Positions 11,806 to 23,460 of a stretch of DNA of 64,000 nucleotides are shown here, piece after piece. The position numbers were made by a program, and so were the translations under genes. Positions within the stretch are counted from its first letter, which is position 1. Each line of letters begins with the position of its first letter. The stretch is from an uncultured cyanobacterium. GTDB taxonomy: Bacteria; Cyanobacteriota; Cyanobacteriia; Cyanobacteriales; Cyanobacteriaceae. The stretch spans positions 128,001-192,000 of the forward strand of contig CAVVOP010000021.1 in assembly GCA_963749915.1 (NCBI GenBank), in the 5' to 3' direction. Below the pieces are notes generated by a model. It made no database searches and had not been told where the DNA came from. It saw nothing but the letters and a program-made list of their open reading frames with translations.

Positions 11806-14133
11806 TTAAACCACGAAAATGTCTTTGCTAGTCATAACCAATCCGGTATTTAAAGTAGCAATTCGTACCGCCGCCTTCGAACCACTACCATCAATATCAA
11901 AGAATAATCCACCATTACTAGAATTGTAGAAGAAACGATGATCTGAAGTAGTCGCCGAGGATCCCAGTTTAAATTTACTTGTTGGTAATGTACCAGCTAA
12001 TAAACCACTGCCAAAACCGCTACGAGAAACAAGAATAGTATCATTAGTTACATTAAAATCAGTAATGCGATCGATTCTTTCACTACTAGAATTAAAGCGG
12101 AAAAAATCATTACCAGCACCGCCAGTAAGAGTATCATTACCGGCACCGCCAGCAAGAGTATCATTACCATTCCCACCGATGAGGGTATCATTACCAGAGG
12201 AGCCTAGCAGGCTATCATTGCTGGCACCGCCATTGATCAAATCATCTCCAGCAAGTGCGACAAGAGTATCATTAAAGGGTGTACCGTTCAAAGTATCGGA
12301 GCTTGAAGTACCAAATTTAAATGGTGATGGTTTAGATAGTGACAATTCAAATGCTCCAATATCGACAATCTTTGAGCCATTCCCGTCGCCATCTTGTGGC
12401 CTCAACTGACCCCGTTGATCAGCTGCCGGAGCCCCATTGTTAACTCCTGCATCGATAGCCTTACTGCCAGATTGCAAAGGATGCACCAGAGTTCCATTAA
12501 CCTCCTTAATGGCTCCCAGATTAGGATTGGCAACCAGAATACCGGGAAGCAGCTTGGGACCATCAGGAAACTGAAGATTTCCACCGCCGTTCTTTATTGG
12601 ACGGTTGGTTTGTTGGTTCTTATTGAAAGATACCCCCGTATCAGTGGAAGTGTTGTTGGCAAAAATAGTGTTGCGCACAGTGGTCAAATTGTTACTGCCC
12701 TGGGCAAGTGCACCTGAAAATTTAGCACTATTATTCGCAATGGTTACGTTTGTTAGCTTCAGGGGACTGTAGGTAGTGAGGGCACCCCCAAAGTTGTTCG
12801 GTGCACTATTATTCGAGAACGTACTATTGGTAATTATGGAATTGGTATTAAAGACCCAGAGTCCGCCACCCTGACTATTCGCCACGTTATTCACAAAGCT
12901 GCTATTGCTAATCTTCAAACTACCCGCTGCATTTAAAGAATTGCGAACATGGTTGATTGCTCCACCGTTGCCTTTGTTGCCTCCCCCTGTGAGGGCAGCG
13001 ACTTGGTTATTCCGAAAGATAGTATTTTCGATGGTAACCTTATCCTCCGGATCTGCGAAGAGATAGGCTGCCCCACCTTCGCCTTCTGCCCGATTACCTT
13101 CAAACTTGCTATTGCGGATGATCAGATTATCATTGAGCCTATCGATGTAAAGTGCCCCCCCATGACCTCGTAAAAAGTCTCTGGGTTTACCCTTAGCAAA
13201 GAATGCGGCAGTGGTGTCATTATTGAGGAAGCGCGAACCTTCGATGGTTACTTTCCCGTTAATAACATTGATGGCAGCACCGTTAATTCCTTTATTACCA
13301 ATAAAATCGCTATTTTGTATCACTAAAGCACTACCGCTCGGGGCAAAGCCCACGAAAGCAATGCCGCCAGCCCCTCGCTCATTATTGCCACTGGTGGCTT
13401 TGTTATTCTCAAAGCGACTATCAATAACCGTAACCCCTCCAGAGCGAGAATTAGTCCAGATGGAAGCCCCTCCATTGGTCGCAACATTGTTCCTAAAAGT
13501 CACGTTTTTGACCGTCAGACTACCGAGATCTTCTGTTTGAATAGCACCACCTCGATCCTTGGAAAAGCCATTCACTAGGGTCAGATTCCGAATCGTGAGG
13601 TCGGTCTGAAAATCTACGTTGGAAAGGGCATGAAAAATACGTGACTTGTTGTTTCCGCTGACCTTGAGATTCGCTGCGTTAGCTCCATCGATAATCAAGT
13701 TTTTCCCCGCTGCGATGGTTATCTCTCCGCTGGTCAGGGTAATGGTTTTATTTGCCAAATTTGCAGCAAAGATAATCAGATCCCCCGATTGTGCTTTATC
13801 AATAACATCTCGCAGAGATCCCGTCCCACTGTTGTTAGTGTTCGTAACAACCTTTGATGACACGGTCGCAGCATTAATGGCTGCAAAAGAGGTCACATTT
13901 CCACCGAGAGCATCAGATCCGAACATGAAGTTATCAATATTGGGCAGACGGCGGCTTCCCAGGTTTTGGCGGATATTGTCGTCATCCCTAGCAAAGACAT
14001 TATTACTTCCATCGGTAGATCCTAGAGAATAAAGTCCCTCATTTTCATCGATAGTTATTGGGATGCTTCGACTATTGGCACTCAAGTTTTGTCCGTTGAT
14101 CTCAGAGACCGAAAAATCCCTGACATCCACCAT
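11806..14133 (-). CDS. Secreted beta-helix (Pmp/pectin-lyase-like, choice-of-anchor Q) protein with RTX Ca-binding C-terminus
   Basis: VTNTNNSGTGSLRD..I, repeated FxNNxA..GG motifs, DQRG..RPQDGDGNG...VDIGAFE, GGxGNDxL nonapeptides, DRITDF. The ORF is open to 14388, but the ATG at 14133 is the likelier start. Confidence 0.85.
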   Translation of the reverse strand: MVDVRDFSVSEINGQNLSANSRSIPITIDENEGLYSLGSTDGSNNVFARDDDNIRQNLGSRRLPNIDNFMFGSDALGGNVTSFAAINAATVSSKVVTNTNNSGTGSLRDVIDKAQSGDLIIFAANLANKTITLTSGEITIAAGKNLIIDGANAANLKVSGNNKSRIFHALSNVDFQTDLTIRNLTLVNGFSKDRGGAIQTEDLGSLTVKNVTFRNNVATNGGASIWTNSRSGGVTVIDSRFENNKATSGNNERGAGGIAFVGFAPSGSALVIQNSDFIGNKGINGAAINVINGKVTIEGSRFLNNDTTAAFFAKGKPRDFLRGHGGALYIDRLNDNLIIRNSKFEGNRAEGEGGAAYLFADPEDKVTIENTIFRNNQVAALTGGGNKGNGGAINHVRNSLNAAGSLKISNSSFVNNVANSQGGGLWVFNTNSIITNSTFSNNSAPNNFGGALTTYSPLKLTNVTIANNSAKFSGALAQGSNNLTTVRNTIFANNTSTDTGVSFNKNQQTNRPIKNGGGNLQFPDGPKLLPGILVANPNLGAIKEVNGTLVHPLQSGSKAIDAGVNNGAPAADQRGQLRPQDGDGNGSKIVDIGAFELSLSKPSPFKFGTSSSDTLNGTPFNDTLVALAGDDLINGGASNDSLLGSSGNDTLIGGNGNDTLAGGAGNDTLTGGAGNDFFRFNSSSERIDRITDFNVTNDTILVSRSGFGSGLLAGTLPTSKFKLGSSATTSDHRFFYNSSNGGLFFDIDGSGSKAAVRIATLNTGLVMTSKDIFVV

Positions 14134-14745
14134 TTTACCACCTAGTATGTTACAGTCATAACAAATACCTGTGCCTGAATTTATTTTGATGAAGGTACTG
14201 TAATTGTAAGGGTCAACCATTGTAGTTTTTGTCATGTCTTTTGTATTTATCAATATTTCTTCTCCTATTAATAAATCTTGATAGTGGGTCGGTTGTTTCA
14301 TTTTCGTCCTTCCTTTTAAAACTTGTGTTTTACCATTTGCAAATCCGATCACTTCTGAAAATATAAGAAACTGATTGGACGAGCCCATAAATTCTATTCA
14401 ATCAAACCTCAAAAGTCAATCTTCAGCTGATCGCCAGGGTAATCGCAGTTATTTTGGGCAAAATGTACTTGACAAAAGTTTACTTGATAAAAGTTCCCAG
14501 AGTGAGAGTCAATGCTCCTCGGAAGCGTGCCAAAAAGGTTACTGTGAGGGAAATTCAAAATTCAAAATTCAGAACAAAAATTTGGGCTAATTTATTTCCT
14601 TCTGCCTCCTGCCTTACCCTCGACCACATTGATATTTTCCAAAATCCTCGCAGTATTGGAGTGAGAGTAATTGTTAACAAAATCTGACTTCTACTAGGAT
14701 AAGCACCATTCATCTACAATCCTTAATGCTTTTTCATGAGTCAAA

Positions 14746-15423
14746 TTATTCCGATTCTTCCGCTAAATTCAAAGTTAATAAACCTTTGGGGGGATTAATC
14801 TCAATGATGCCTTTTTCCAGGTTAATGACTGGCACAATATCTTTCACGAAAGGAATTAAAACGGCAACAGCTTTGTGTTTTTTGATCTTAAATTTTTTCC
14901 TCTTGGATATTCGACTCACTTTATTCAAATCGGGAAGAATGTCTGGTTGTAATTCTGGCTGATGATGTAAAGTTACTTCCAAAATATCATTACCAGCACT
15001 AAAAACCTCCGTGATGATGCCAATATTTTCCCCTGTTTGTTGGTCATATACTTGTAAATTAATTAAGTCCCCAACGTGATACTCTTCTTTTTCTAAGTGC
15101 GGGCGATCGCTTTTTTCGATTAATAACCGACTACCGTACAAACTTTCGGCTTGAGTACGATCGTTAATACCAGCTAACTTAATAATAAAAATATTTTTGC
15201 CCGGAATTTGTTTCCCCCTCACTAATTCAACACATTGGGGTGACTGATGAGGTTGAATTTGTAACCATCGGTTGCCAGATTTTTCAAAACGTTCGGGAAA
15301 ATCAGAGTCAGTTTTTACTTTCAACTCTCCCCGTAATCCTTGTGCTGCAACAATTGTACCAATTTCAATTAAATCTTGAATCTCCAAATTATTTTGCTCT
15401 CCCTTAAAGTAAAACCTCAACAA
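14746..15423 (-). CDS. rimM: Ribosome maturation factor RimM (start may be ~13 codons downstream)
   Basis: IGTIVAAQGLRGELKV..DSDFPERF, EYHVGDLI, AGNDILEV, LIPFVKDIVP. Confidence 0.93.
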   Translation of the reverse strand: MLRFYFKGEQNNLEIQDLIEIGTIVAAQGLRGELKVKTDSDFPERFEKSGNRWLQIQPHQSPQCVELVRGKQIPGKNIFIIKLAGINDRTQAESLYGSRLLIEKSDRPHLEKEEYHVGDLINLQVYDQQTGENIGIITEVFSAGNDILEVTLHHQPELQPDILPDLNKVSRISKRKKFKIKKHKAVAVLIPFVKDIVPVINLEKGIIEINPPKGLLTLNLAEESE

Positions 15424-15619
15424 AAAATTACTTCTATTATTTTATCTTAAGTTTTGGCGAAGTTAGGAATCGGACAATCCTTACACTGTCGAGCTAAAAC
15501 ACTTATCTCAATTTCAGCCATAGCTCGAATTGCCCATTGCTAATTTTTTAATGATTTCTTAACCAAAAATAGACCTAAAGCTGGGACAATATACCCTTAG
15601 TACTTTATATGATTATCTT

Positions 15620-15997
15620 ATGTTAGAGCCCAGTGATGTTATTGATTTGTTTTTTAATCACCTCAAAACTCATCACTTTTCTGCCGGAGAGGTAATTTTC
15701 AGGGCGGCAGAAAAAGGAGATAAAATGTTTGCTTTGATGAAGGGTGAAGTAGAATTATGGCTAAATGATCAAGTGGTTGAGACAATTCATGAACATGATG
15801 TTTTTGGTGAAGGGGCTTTAGTACAATTAGATCACAGTAGAGTTACCACTGCCATTGCCAAAACTGACTGTCAATTAGCGGAATTAAACAAAGAAAGATT
15901 TTTATTTTTACTACAAGAAACTCCTTTATTTGCCCTTGAAATTGTCAGAAGTTTATCCACCCGTTTACGAAAAGTAAAACATAAAAACTCAATTTAA
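15620..15997 (+). CDS. Stand-alone cyclic-nucleotide-binding domain protein
   Basis: GEVIF..GD.MF..GEVE, VFGEGAL...R..TAIA; no HTH; 3 nt from ackA. Confidence 0.85.
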   Translation: MLEPSDVIDLFFNHLKTHHFSAGEVIFRAAEKGDKMFALMKGEVELWLNDQVVETIHEHDVFGEGALVQLDHSRVTTAIAKTDCQLAELNKERFLFLLQETPLFALEIVRSLSTRLRKVKHKNSI

Positions 15998-16000
15998 GCC

Positions 16001-17209
16001 ATGAAAATCTTAGTTCTTAATGCCGGTTCAAGTAGCCAAAAAAGTTGTTTATATGACATTAATTCCCTCGAAAATTTAACTAATCCCCCCCAACCTCTCT
16101 GGGAGGCAACCATCGATTGGACGGTGAATAGTAATTATGGACTACTAAAAGTAGAAGCCAATGAAGAAAAGATAACCGTTGAATTACCGGCTGATAGTCG
16201 TATAACTGGCATTAAGACTATGGTTGAAACCATGATAACGGGCAAGACGAGGGTTTTAGATCAATTAACAGATATAAATGTAGTTGGTCATAGAGTAGTA
16301 CATGGCGGAAATAAATATTCAGAGGCCACCTTAATTACTAGGGAAGTCAAGGAAACCATTAAACAATTAATACCCCTTGCACCTAATCATAATCCTGCCC
16401 ATTTAGAAGGAATTAATAGTATAGAAGGTATTTTAGGAGATATTCCACAATTAGCCGTTTTTGATACGGCTTTTCATGCTACTATTCCTGATTATGGCAA
16501 AATATATCCTATTCCTTACGAATGGTATCAAAAAGATATACAGCGTTATGGTTTTCACGGCATTTCCCATGAATATGTGTCCCAACGCACGGCAGAAATT
16601 CTCAATCAACCTTTAGATAGTTTAAAGTTGATTACCTGTCATTTAGGCAATGGTTGTTCCATAACTGCGATTAAAGAAGGAAAAAGTATTAATACCAGTA
16701 TGGGGTTTACCCCCCTTGAAGGGGTGATGATGGGTAGTCGTAGCGGTTCCATCGACCCTGCCATTTTAATCCATTTAATGAGAGAATATAACTATAATGC
16801 CGATCAATTAAACGAAATGCTCAACAAAAAGTCAGGCTTACTGGGTATTTCCGGCATTTCTGCGGATTTACGCACAGTTTTAACTGCCATGAATGAAGGA
16901 GAAAAACTAGCTAAATTAGCTGTGGATATTTATCTTCATCGTCTCCAAGAGGTAATTAGTAGTATGTTACCCTCTCTCGGAGGATTATCGGCTTTAGTTT
17001 TTACCGCAGGAGTTGGCGAAAATTCCGCTTTTATTAGAGAACAAATTTGTGACAAATTCAGTTTTTTAGGCTTAAAGTTGGATAACGAGAAAAATAATCA
17101 ACCCTGTCGAGATACCAATATCGCCGCCGATGATTCTTTAGTAAAAGTATTAGTAGTACATACTCAAGAAGATTGGGCGATCGCCAAACAATGTCTTAAG
17201 ATAATGTAA
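16001..17209 (+). CDS. ackA: Acetate kinase
   Basis: LVLNAGSSSQK, GHRVVHGG, AVFDTAFH, RYGFHGISH, CHLGNGCS, FTAGVGENS. Confidence 0.97.
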   Translation: MKILVLNAGSSSQKSCLYDINSLENLTNPPQPLWEATIDWTVNSNYGLLKVEANEEKITVELPADSRITGIKTMVETMITGKTRVLDQLTDINVVGHRVVHGGNKYSEATLITREVKETIKQLIPLAPNHNPAHLEGINSIEGILGDIPQLAVFDTAFHATIPDYGKIYPIPYEWYQKDIQRYGFHGISHEYVSQRTAEILNQPLDSLKLITCHLGNGCSITAIKEGKSINTSMGFTPLEGVMMGSRSGSIDPAILIHLMREYNYNADQLNEMLNKKSGLLGISGISADLRTVLTAMNEGEKLAKLAVDIYLHRLQEVISSMLPSLGGLSALVFTAGVGENSAFIREQICDKFSFLGLKLDNEKNNQPCRDTNIAADDSLVKVLVVHTQEDWAIAKQCLKIM

Positions 17210-17239
17210 CAGGTAAAATGCGCATTATCTATTTAAAAT

Positions 17240-17824
17240 ATGGTTTTTATTTTGACGAATGATGACGGTATCAATGCAAAAGGGATAAAAGCCTTAAAAC
17301 AAGCGGTAAAAGGGGATAAATTTATAGTGGCGCCTTGTGAACAATTGTCTGGTTGTGGTCATCAAATTACGGCGAGAAAACCTATCACTGTCACGGAAAA
17401 AACTCCTCAAAAATATGCCGTTGACGGGACCCCTGCTGATTGTGTTCGTATTGCTTTAGCCTCACTTTGTCCTCATGGTACCTATGTTTTATCAGGCATA
17501 AATGCTGGGGGTAATTTAGGAGTAGATATATATATTTCTGGTACCGTTGCCGCCGTGAGGGAAGCCGCTATTTTAGGGATTCCTGCCATTGCCATTTCCC
17601 ACGTGATTAAATCACCTTTAAAAATTGATTGGAATTTTGCCACTAAATTAACCGAAAAAGTGTTGAATATATTATTAGAACTCTTGCAAAAATAAAATGA
17701 ATATGATTATCCTAATTGTAATGGGCGATCGCCCAACACCGATGTTGATGTTTGTTTTTCCGGTAGTATTGCTATTAGTTTAATTAGTTTAAATTGTGGG
17801 ATTAATATTAATACTCATAACTAG
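17240..17824 (+). pseudogene. surE: 5'/3'-nucleotidase SurE with internal deletion
   Basis: LTNDDGI, DGTPADCV, SGINAGGNLG, SGTVAAVREA, then a stop at 17695. A SurE-like C-terminus (GRSPNTDVDVCFSGSIAIS) follows directly, so the middle segment is missing. Confidence 0.78.
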
Positions 17825-17939
17825 ATTTTATTTTTATTATTTTGGTGACAACTTCTGATAAATAATGATAAAAAATACGGCAGCTAAACCCATTACTATG
17901 AACTTTTTTAAAATAGATTATTATATCCTAACCTAAATT

Positions 17940-18980
17940 ATGAATATCGAAGGTAATTTAACCAATACTCAGACAAGAAAAGATGATCATATTAAAATTT
18001 GTTTAGATGAAAAAGTACAATTTAATCAAGTAAGAAATGGCCTAGAAAAATATACTTTTACTCATTGTTGTTTACCCGAATTAGATTATAATGAAACTGA
18101 TATTTCTACTAACTTTCTCGGCAAAAAATTAGACTCTCCCTTGTTAATTTCTTCCATGACAGGAGGTACAGAAAACGCTCAATTTATCAATATACGTCTG
18201 GCCGTTATCGCCCAAAAATACAGTTTAGCTATGGGCATCGGTTCAGGTCGTGTGATTATCGAAAAACCAGAAGTAGCAAAAACTTTTCAAGTGCGATCGT
18301 TTGCTCCTGATATATTATTATTAGCAAATATTGGGGCGGTACAATTAAATTATGGTTATACATGGCGAGAATGCTTAAAATTAGTCGAAATATTGTCGGC
18401 AGATGCATTAATTCTTCATCTCAACCCCCTCCAAGAATGTATCCAACCCGAGGGAGATTCCAACTTTAAAGATTTATTAGCAAAAATTGCTGTTTTATGT
18501 GCAAAAATGCCTGTGCCTATTATCGTGAAAGAAGTAGGTAACGGGATTTCAGCGACCATGGCAGAAAAATTAATCAATATCGGCGTAAAAGCTGTGGACG
18601 TAGCCGGTGCTGGTGGTACATCATGGGCAATGGTAGAAAGCGAGAGAAGCGACAATAAATTAAAACGGGAATTGGGAAAAACTTTTGCTAATTGGGGGAT
18701 TCCTACCGCCGACTGTGTAATAGACATCGCTAAAAAATACCCCGATATACCCTTAATCGCTTCCGGTGGCATTCGTAACGGTTTAGAGGTGGCAAAATTG
18801 TTGGCGTTGGGTGCCGATGTTGTTGGTTTAGCTTATCCTTTCTTAAAAGCGGCAATGACATCTATGGAGGCATTAGAGGAATTGGTAGAGTTATTAAACG
18901 CCGAAATCAAAACCGTGTTATTTTGCACGGGTAATAAGGATATAAAAAGTTTACAAAAATCTGACAATTTTACTTTGTAG
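17940..18980 (+). CDS. fni: Type 2 isopentenyl-diphosphate delta-isomerase
   Basis: [48 protein letters not shown]. Confidence 0.95.
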   Translation: MNIEGNLTNTQTRKDDHIKICLDEKVQFNQVRNGLEKYTFTHCCLPELDYNETDISTNFLGKKLDSPLLISSMTGGTENAQFINIRLAVIAQKYSLAMGIGSGRVIIEKPEVAKTFQVRSFAPDILLLANIGAVQLNYGYTWRECLKLVEILSADALILHLNPLQECIQPEGDSNFKDLLAKIAVLCAKMPVPIIVKEVGNGISATMAEKLINIGVKAVDVAGAGGTSWAMVESERSDNKLKRELGKTFANWGIPTADCVIDIAKKYPDIPLIASGGIRNGLEVAKLLALGADVVGLAYPFLKAAMTSMEALEELVELLNAEIKTVLFCTGNKDIKSLQKSDNFTL

Positions 18981-19119
18981 AATAGGTTGGGTAGAGATTG
19001 AAAACTAATAGTTTACAACTCAATTTTCTATAGTTTACATTTTAAAAATCTTATTAATTAAGCTGTTCAATCAGTATTTTTTAAAAGAAAGCCTTATAAA
19101 TTCATTTACACAAATTATT

Positions 19120-19830
19120 ATGTTATTTAAAAAATATAATATCTTGTTTAGCTTAATTTTTACTCATATAAACTTAACATCTATATTAACTCAAAATCAG
19201 AGAATCAATAACTTTAATCAACTTAACAACTATTTTATAAAATTAGGTTTAAGTACAGCTAGTAATATTTGTAAAAAATATACTAGATCAAATTTAAGAC
19301 AAACATGTAATAGCGTAGTTAATCAATCTAGCTATTTAGATTTTAATGCTGTTTTTCTATGTGAAAATATTTTTTTTATTTCGACCAACACTATTAACTG
19401 TTTAGACAGTATCAGTAATAAAAGCTATACAGACTCAGAATTATTAAAATGTGGTAATAGCACCAACAAGTTTAAAATTTATACCTGTTTAAAAAATAGT
19501 GGAAAAACTGTTAATCAAAATCAACTAAATTACGAATATGAAAATAAAATAGCCTTTAAGAATGCTCAAAATATTTGCAATTCTTTTACCAATTCTTCTA
19601 CAAAAACATATTGTAATAAAATTATTAATAATAGCTATTTCTTAGATGTTGATGCCGTTAGTTTGTGTCGCACAAAATTTAGCATATCTCCTAAAATTTT
19701 AAATTGTTTCCAAATTATCACTAATAAAACTTATACCTTTAGTAATCTTTTTGAGTGTAATCAACAATTAGGAGAAGCCAAAATATTAAGCTGTTTATCT
19801 ACCAACGGTTATTTGCTAAAAAATGAATAG
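19120..19830 (+). CDS. AT-rich Cys-repeat hypothetical protein (two ~95-aa repeats)
   Basis: NIC..(Y/F)T.S.....CN...N.S..LD..AV.LC.........NC...I.NK.YT.S.L..C occurs twice. Confidence 0.55.
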   Translation: MLFKKYNILFSLIFTHINLTSILTQNQRINNFNQLNNYFIKLGLSTASNICKKYTRSNLRQTCNSVVNQSSYLDFNAVFLCENIFFISTNTINCLDSISNKSYTDSELLKCGNSTNKFKIYTCLKNSGKTVNQNQLNYEYENKIAFKNAQNICNSFTNSSTKTYCNKIINNSYFLDVDAVSLCRTKFSISPKILNCFQIITNKTYTFSNLFECNQQLGEAKILSCLSTNGYLLKNE

Positions 19831-19948
19831 TGGGAGAAACTTAATAGTTGTTGGGTCACAGATAGTAATTAATCAATATTTTGGTTCAATCTCAAGTTAT
19901 ACTGAAATAAACAATAGAATTAAGTTTTATTAAAATTAGTTAAAATTC

Positions 19949-20431
19949 ATGAAAGAAGCCATCAGAGAGATTTTACAACCAGTAGCTGATATATTCTCAG
20001 GTTTCAATACCCCTGAACCAATTGTTCATTGGGGACATCCTTTTTTTATGGGGATTGTGATATTTGCCATGGGTAGTTTTGTGGGGATCACTGGCTGGCG
20101 TAGTCGCATTTCCGAAGATACAGAAGTTAAACAAGCCAATAAATTAGATCACCGTAAATTAGCACCATTTTTGTTCCTGTTCATTACTTTAGGTTATAGT
20201 GGTGGTGTATTATCTTTAATTATGCAAGGACAACCTATTTTTGAAAGTCCGCATTTTTGGACTGGCTCAACAGTTATCGGTTTGTTAGGTTTAAACGGGT
20301 TAATCTCTGTGACGGGTTTCGGGGGCAATAAAGAAGGTTTACGCACTGCTCACGCTTATCTAGGTAGTATAGCCTTGGTTATCATGGTTGTTCATGCTAT
20401 TTTAGGCTTAAAACTAGGACTATCAATTTAG
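19949..20431 (+). CDS. DUF4079 family membrane protein
   Basis: VHWGHP..M, GGVLSL.MQGQPIFESPHFWTG, RTAHAYLG; conserved His residues in TM helices. Confidence 0.8.
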   Translation: MKEAIREILQPVADIFSGFNTPEPIVHWGHPFFMGIVIFAMGSFVGITGWRSRISEDTEVKQANKLDHRKLAPFLFLFITLGYSGGVLSLIMQGQPIFESPHFWTGSTVIGLLGLNGLISVTGFGGNKEGLRTAHAYLGSIALVIMVVHAILGLKLGLSI

Positions 20432-20548
20432 GTTAATTGACCATGGCAAAGACAAAGACATTTAGTTTATTTTCACAAAACTGATTGCTATATAAGAAGG
20501 AGTGACAGTATCAGGGAAAATAAAAATATATCAGTTGCAGGTATAAAA

Positions 20549-23260
20549 ATGCAATGGCATCAGATCTCAGCTGCCGATGCGGCCAACTATCTTAGGGCAG
20601 ATTTAGTCACGGGACTGTCAGCCGTGCAAGTCTCTCAGCGACAGAAGTATTACGGATTTAATGAACTCAAGGGGAAAACAGGGAAAAGTCCTTTTATTCG
20701 TTTCTTAATGGAATTTGACCAACCCTTGATTTATATTCTTCTAGTAGCAGGGGTTGCGGCACTATTACTTCAGGATTGGGTGGATGCGGGGGTAATCTTT
20801 GGGGTGATATTGATTAATACAGTGATTGGCTTTGTCCAGGAGTCAAAAGCCGAAAATGCCATCGCGACCCTAGTACAATCGGTCACAGCGGAGGCAACGG
20901 TGATTCGAGATGGACAAAAAGTGCGGCTTAATTCCCGCGAACTGGTTCCTGGGGATCTGGTGTTGTTGACATCAGGTGATAAAGTGCCTGCGGACATGCG
21001 GTTGGTCAGCGTCCGGAATTTGCAAGTTAGTGAAGCGGCGTTGACCGGTGAATCCGTTCCTGTGCAAAAAGTAACTGAACCACTAGCTACTGAAACCGTC
21101 CTCGCCGATCGCACCAACATGGTGTATGCTGGCAGCTTAGTTACCTTTGGGCAGGCAAGGGGAATAGTAGTTGCGATCGCCAACCAAACCGAAACGGGAA
21201 AGATTTCGCAATTGATGGAGCAAAGCAATGGACTAGAAACACCCCTTACCCGAAAGATTGAACAATTTAGTAGGACGCTACTATACGTCATTTTAGGCTT
21301 GGCAGGGTTTTTGTTTGCAGTGGTGATCGGTCAACAAGGAAGTTGGGCTGAAGGGTTTAAGGCAGCCGTTGCATTGACAGTCAGTGCCATTCCTGAAGGA
21401 CTACCCGCCGTGGTGACGGTGACACTGGCCATTGGAGTCAATCGCATGGCACAACGACACGCCATTATCCGCAAACTTCCGGCAGTGGAAACCCTCGGCA
21501 GTACCACCGTGATTTGTTCTGACAAAACAGGTACTCTCACGGAAAATCAGATGACCGTTCAGGCCATTCACGCGGGGGGTGTTTCCTACATAGTCAGCGG
21601 TGTGGGCTACCATCCTCAGGGAGCAATTTTAGTCAACGAACAGCCGGTGGAGATGATTCAAACCCTGACGCTGTCTGAGTGTTTGCGGTGTGGTTTATTA
21701 TGCAATGATTCCCATCTTCAGGAACAGGATGGTAAACTGACTGTGGTTGGCAATCCCACGGAAGGAGCTCTAATTATCTCGGCACAAAAGGCAGGATTGA
21801 TATTACAAGCCCTAGAACAGGAACAGCCGCGACTGGATACGATTCCCTTTGAGTCGCAGTTCCAGTATATGGCCACTCTGCACAGTTCGCCAGAGAGCTG
21901 TAACACAATTTATCTCAAGGGTTCGGTAGAAGCAATTCTGAAGCGATGCCATCGCCAACTTGATGCTGATGGACAACCCATAGATTTGAATCGAGAGCAA
22001 ATTGAGCAGGTCATCCACGAGATGGCAACTCAGGGATTGCGAGTACTGGCATTTGCGAGAAAAAATATTGCAACCAATCGGCAACATATCGACCACGGGG
22101 ATATCGATGCTGATCTAATCTTTCTTGGACTTCAGGGCATGATTGACCCACCTAGATCTGAAGCCATCGCCGCGGTGCGGGCCTGTCAGGCGGCGGGAAT
22201 TCAAGTCAAGATGATTACGGGGGACCATGCACTGACGGCTCGTGCCATCGCCCATCAAATAGGCCTCAGCCGGGATGAAAATGCACTTGTATTCACTGGA
22301 AAACAACTAGCAGAAATGACGGATCAGGATCTGGGGAATGCGGTTGAAGTTAGCTCCGTGTTTGCACGGGTTGCCCCGGAACAAAAGCTACGACTGGTGG
22401 AAGCTTTGCAGTCAAAGGGTGAAATCGTCGCCATGACCGGAGATGGAGTCAATGATGCCCCCGCTCTGAAGCAGGCCGATATTGGGGTGGCCATGGGCAT
22501 TAGCGGCACCGAAGTTGCTAAAGAAGCGGCGGATATGGTCTTAACCAATGATAATTTTGCTTCCATTGAGGCGGCCGTAGAGGAGGGACGTACTGTTTAT
22601 CGCAATTTGTTGAAAACTATTGGGTTTATTCTGCCTGTCAACGGTGGCGAAGCAATGACGATCTTGATAGGTATCCTGGCCGCCGGAACCCTGCCCATTT
22701 TGCCTGTGCAGATTCTTTGGGTAAATATGGTGAGTTCCGTTGCTCTTAGTGCTACACTCGCATTTGAACCAAAATCCAGAGACACCATGCAGCGATCCCC
22801 TCGCCATCCCCATGAACCACTGTTAACAAGAAAACTGCTGTGGCGTATCCTGATTATTGCGACCTTCAATCTGGTGGCGGTTTTTGGCATGTTTGAATGG
22901 GCTGTGCAAGCCACAGGTAACATTAATCTGGCTCGCACAATAGCAGTTCACACCATAGTTTCCGCCGAAACCTTTTATCTGCTCAGCATTAGCCAGTTTA
23001 TTCCCTCTTTGTTCACTTATTTTCACGATTGCCTTCGGGCACTCCCAAAGGGCAAACCCCCTCAGGAAATGAACTATATACCTGGGATCGGCGTGTTTTG
23101 CGTTTTTATTTTTCAAATTTTCTTTAGTCAAGTGCCGAGCATCAATCCACTGTTTGAGACTCAACCCCTCAGTCCCACACAAGCCCTGATCTGCATCAGT
23201 GCAGGTATTCCGGTCATTGTCCCTGCTTTATTGCTAAAGCGGTTTGCCCCCCTTGCTTAA
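20549..23260 (+). CDS. Cation-transporting P-type ATPase (type II, PacL/Pma1-like)
   Basis: [40 protein letters not shown]; clearly more GC-rich than flanking host genes. Confidence 0.95.
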   Translation: MQWHQISAADAANYLRADLVTGLSAVQVSQRQKYYGFNELKGKTGKSPFIRFLMEFDQPLIYILLVAGVAALLLQDWVDAGVIFGVILINTVIGFVQESKAENAIATLVQSVTAEATVIRDGQKVRLNSRELVPGDLVLLTSGDKVPADMRLVSVRNLQVSEAALTGESVPVQKVTEPLATETVLADRTNMVYAGSLVTFGQARGIVVAIANQTETGKISQLMEQSNGLETPLTRKIEQFSRTLLYVILGLAGFLFAVVIGQQGSWAEGFKAAVALTVSAIPEGLPAVVTVTLAIGVNRMAQRHAIIRKLPAVETLGSTTVICSDKTGTLTENQMTVQAIHAGGVSYIVSGVGYHPQGAILVNEQPVEMIQTLTLSECLRCGLLCNDSHLQEQDGKLTVVGNPTEGALIISAQKAGLILQALEQEQPRLDTIPFESQFQYMATLHSSPESCNTIYLKGSVEAILKRCHRQLDADGQPIDLNREQIEQVIHEMATQGLRVLAFARKNIATNRQHIDHGDIDADLIFLGLQGMIDPPRSEAIAAVRACQAAGIQVKMITGDHALTARAIAHQIGLSRDENALVFTGKQLAEMTDQDLGNAVEVSSVFARVAPEQKLRLVEALQSKGEIVAMTGDGVNDAPALKQADIGVAMGISGTEVAKEAADMVLTNDNFASIEAAVEEGRTVYRNLLKTIGFILPVNGGEAMTILIGILAAGTLPILPVQILWVNMVSSVALSATLAFEPKSRDTMQRSPRHPHEPLLTRKLLWRILIIATFNLVAVFGMFEWAVQATGNINLARTIAVHTIVSAETFYLLSISQFIPSLFTYFHDCLRALPKGKPPQEMNYIPGIGVFCVFIFQIFFSQVPSINPLFETQPLSPTQALICISAGIPVIVPALLLKRFAPLA

Positions 23261-23325
23261 AGTTGAGTGTTATGCGATGTGACGATCGCCCATATTTTAA
23301 GAAGCTCGACCAAAATCATATCCAA

Positions 23326-23361
23326 ATATAGTTATTTCAATTAAGATTGAAATAACTATAT
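23326..23361. repeat. Perfect 16-bp inverted repeat with 4-nt loop
   Basis: ATATAGTTATTTCAAT-TAAG-ATTGAAATAACTATAT. Confidence 0.8.
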
Positions 23362-23423
23362 CTATTCAGTTCAGACATGCCGCAATACTGCTCGGTTAAG
23401 CTCAAAAACGCCCAAAATGGGAC

Positions 23424-23458
23424 AATTTAGAATTTAGAATTTAGAATTTAGAATTTAG
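23424..23458 (+). repeat. Heptamer tandem repeat (AATTTAG)x5
   Basis: Five perfect copies immediately after the four-helix-bundle stop codon. Confidence 0.9.
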
Positions 23459-23460
23459 AA

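Noticed and set aside
12065..14032. Plus-strand ORFs inside the RTX gene, and similar antisense ORFs within the ATPase, kinase, glgA, uvrA, fni and transposases
   Set aside because: Shadow ORFs opposite well-supported genes, with no recognisable motifs.
14134..14962. N-terminal extension of the RTX ORF and short ORFs 14375-14962
   Set aside because: AT-rich promoter or repeat-containing DNA, or overlapping rimM in antisense.
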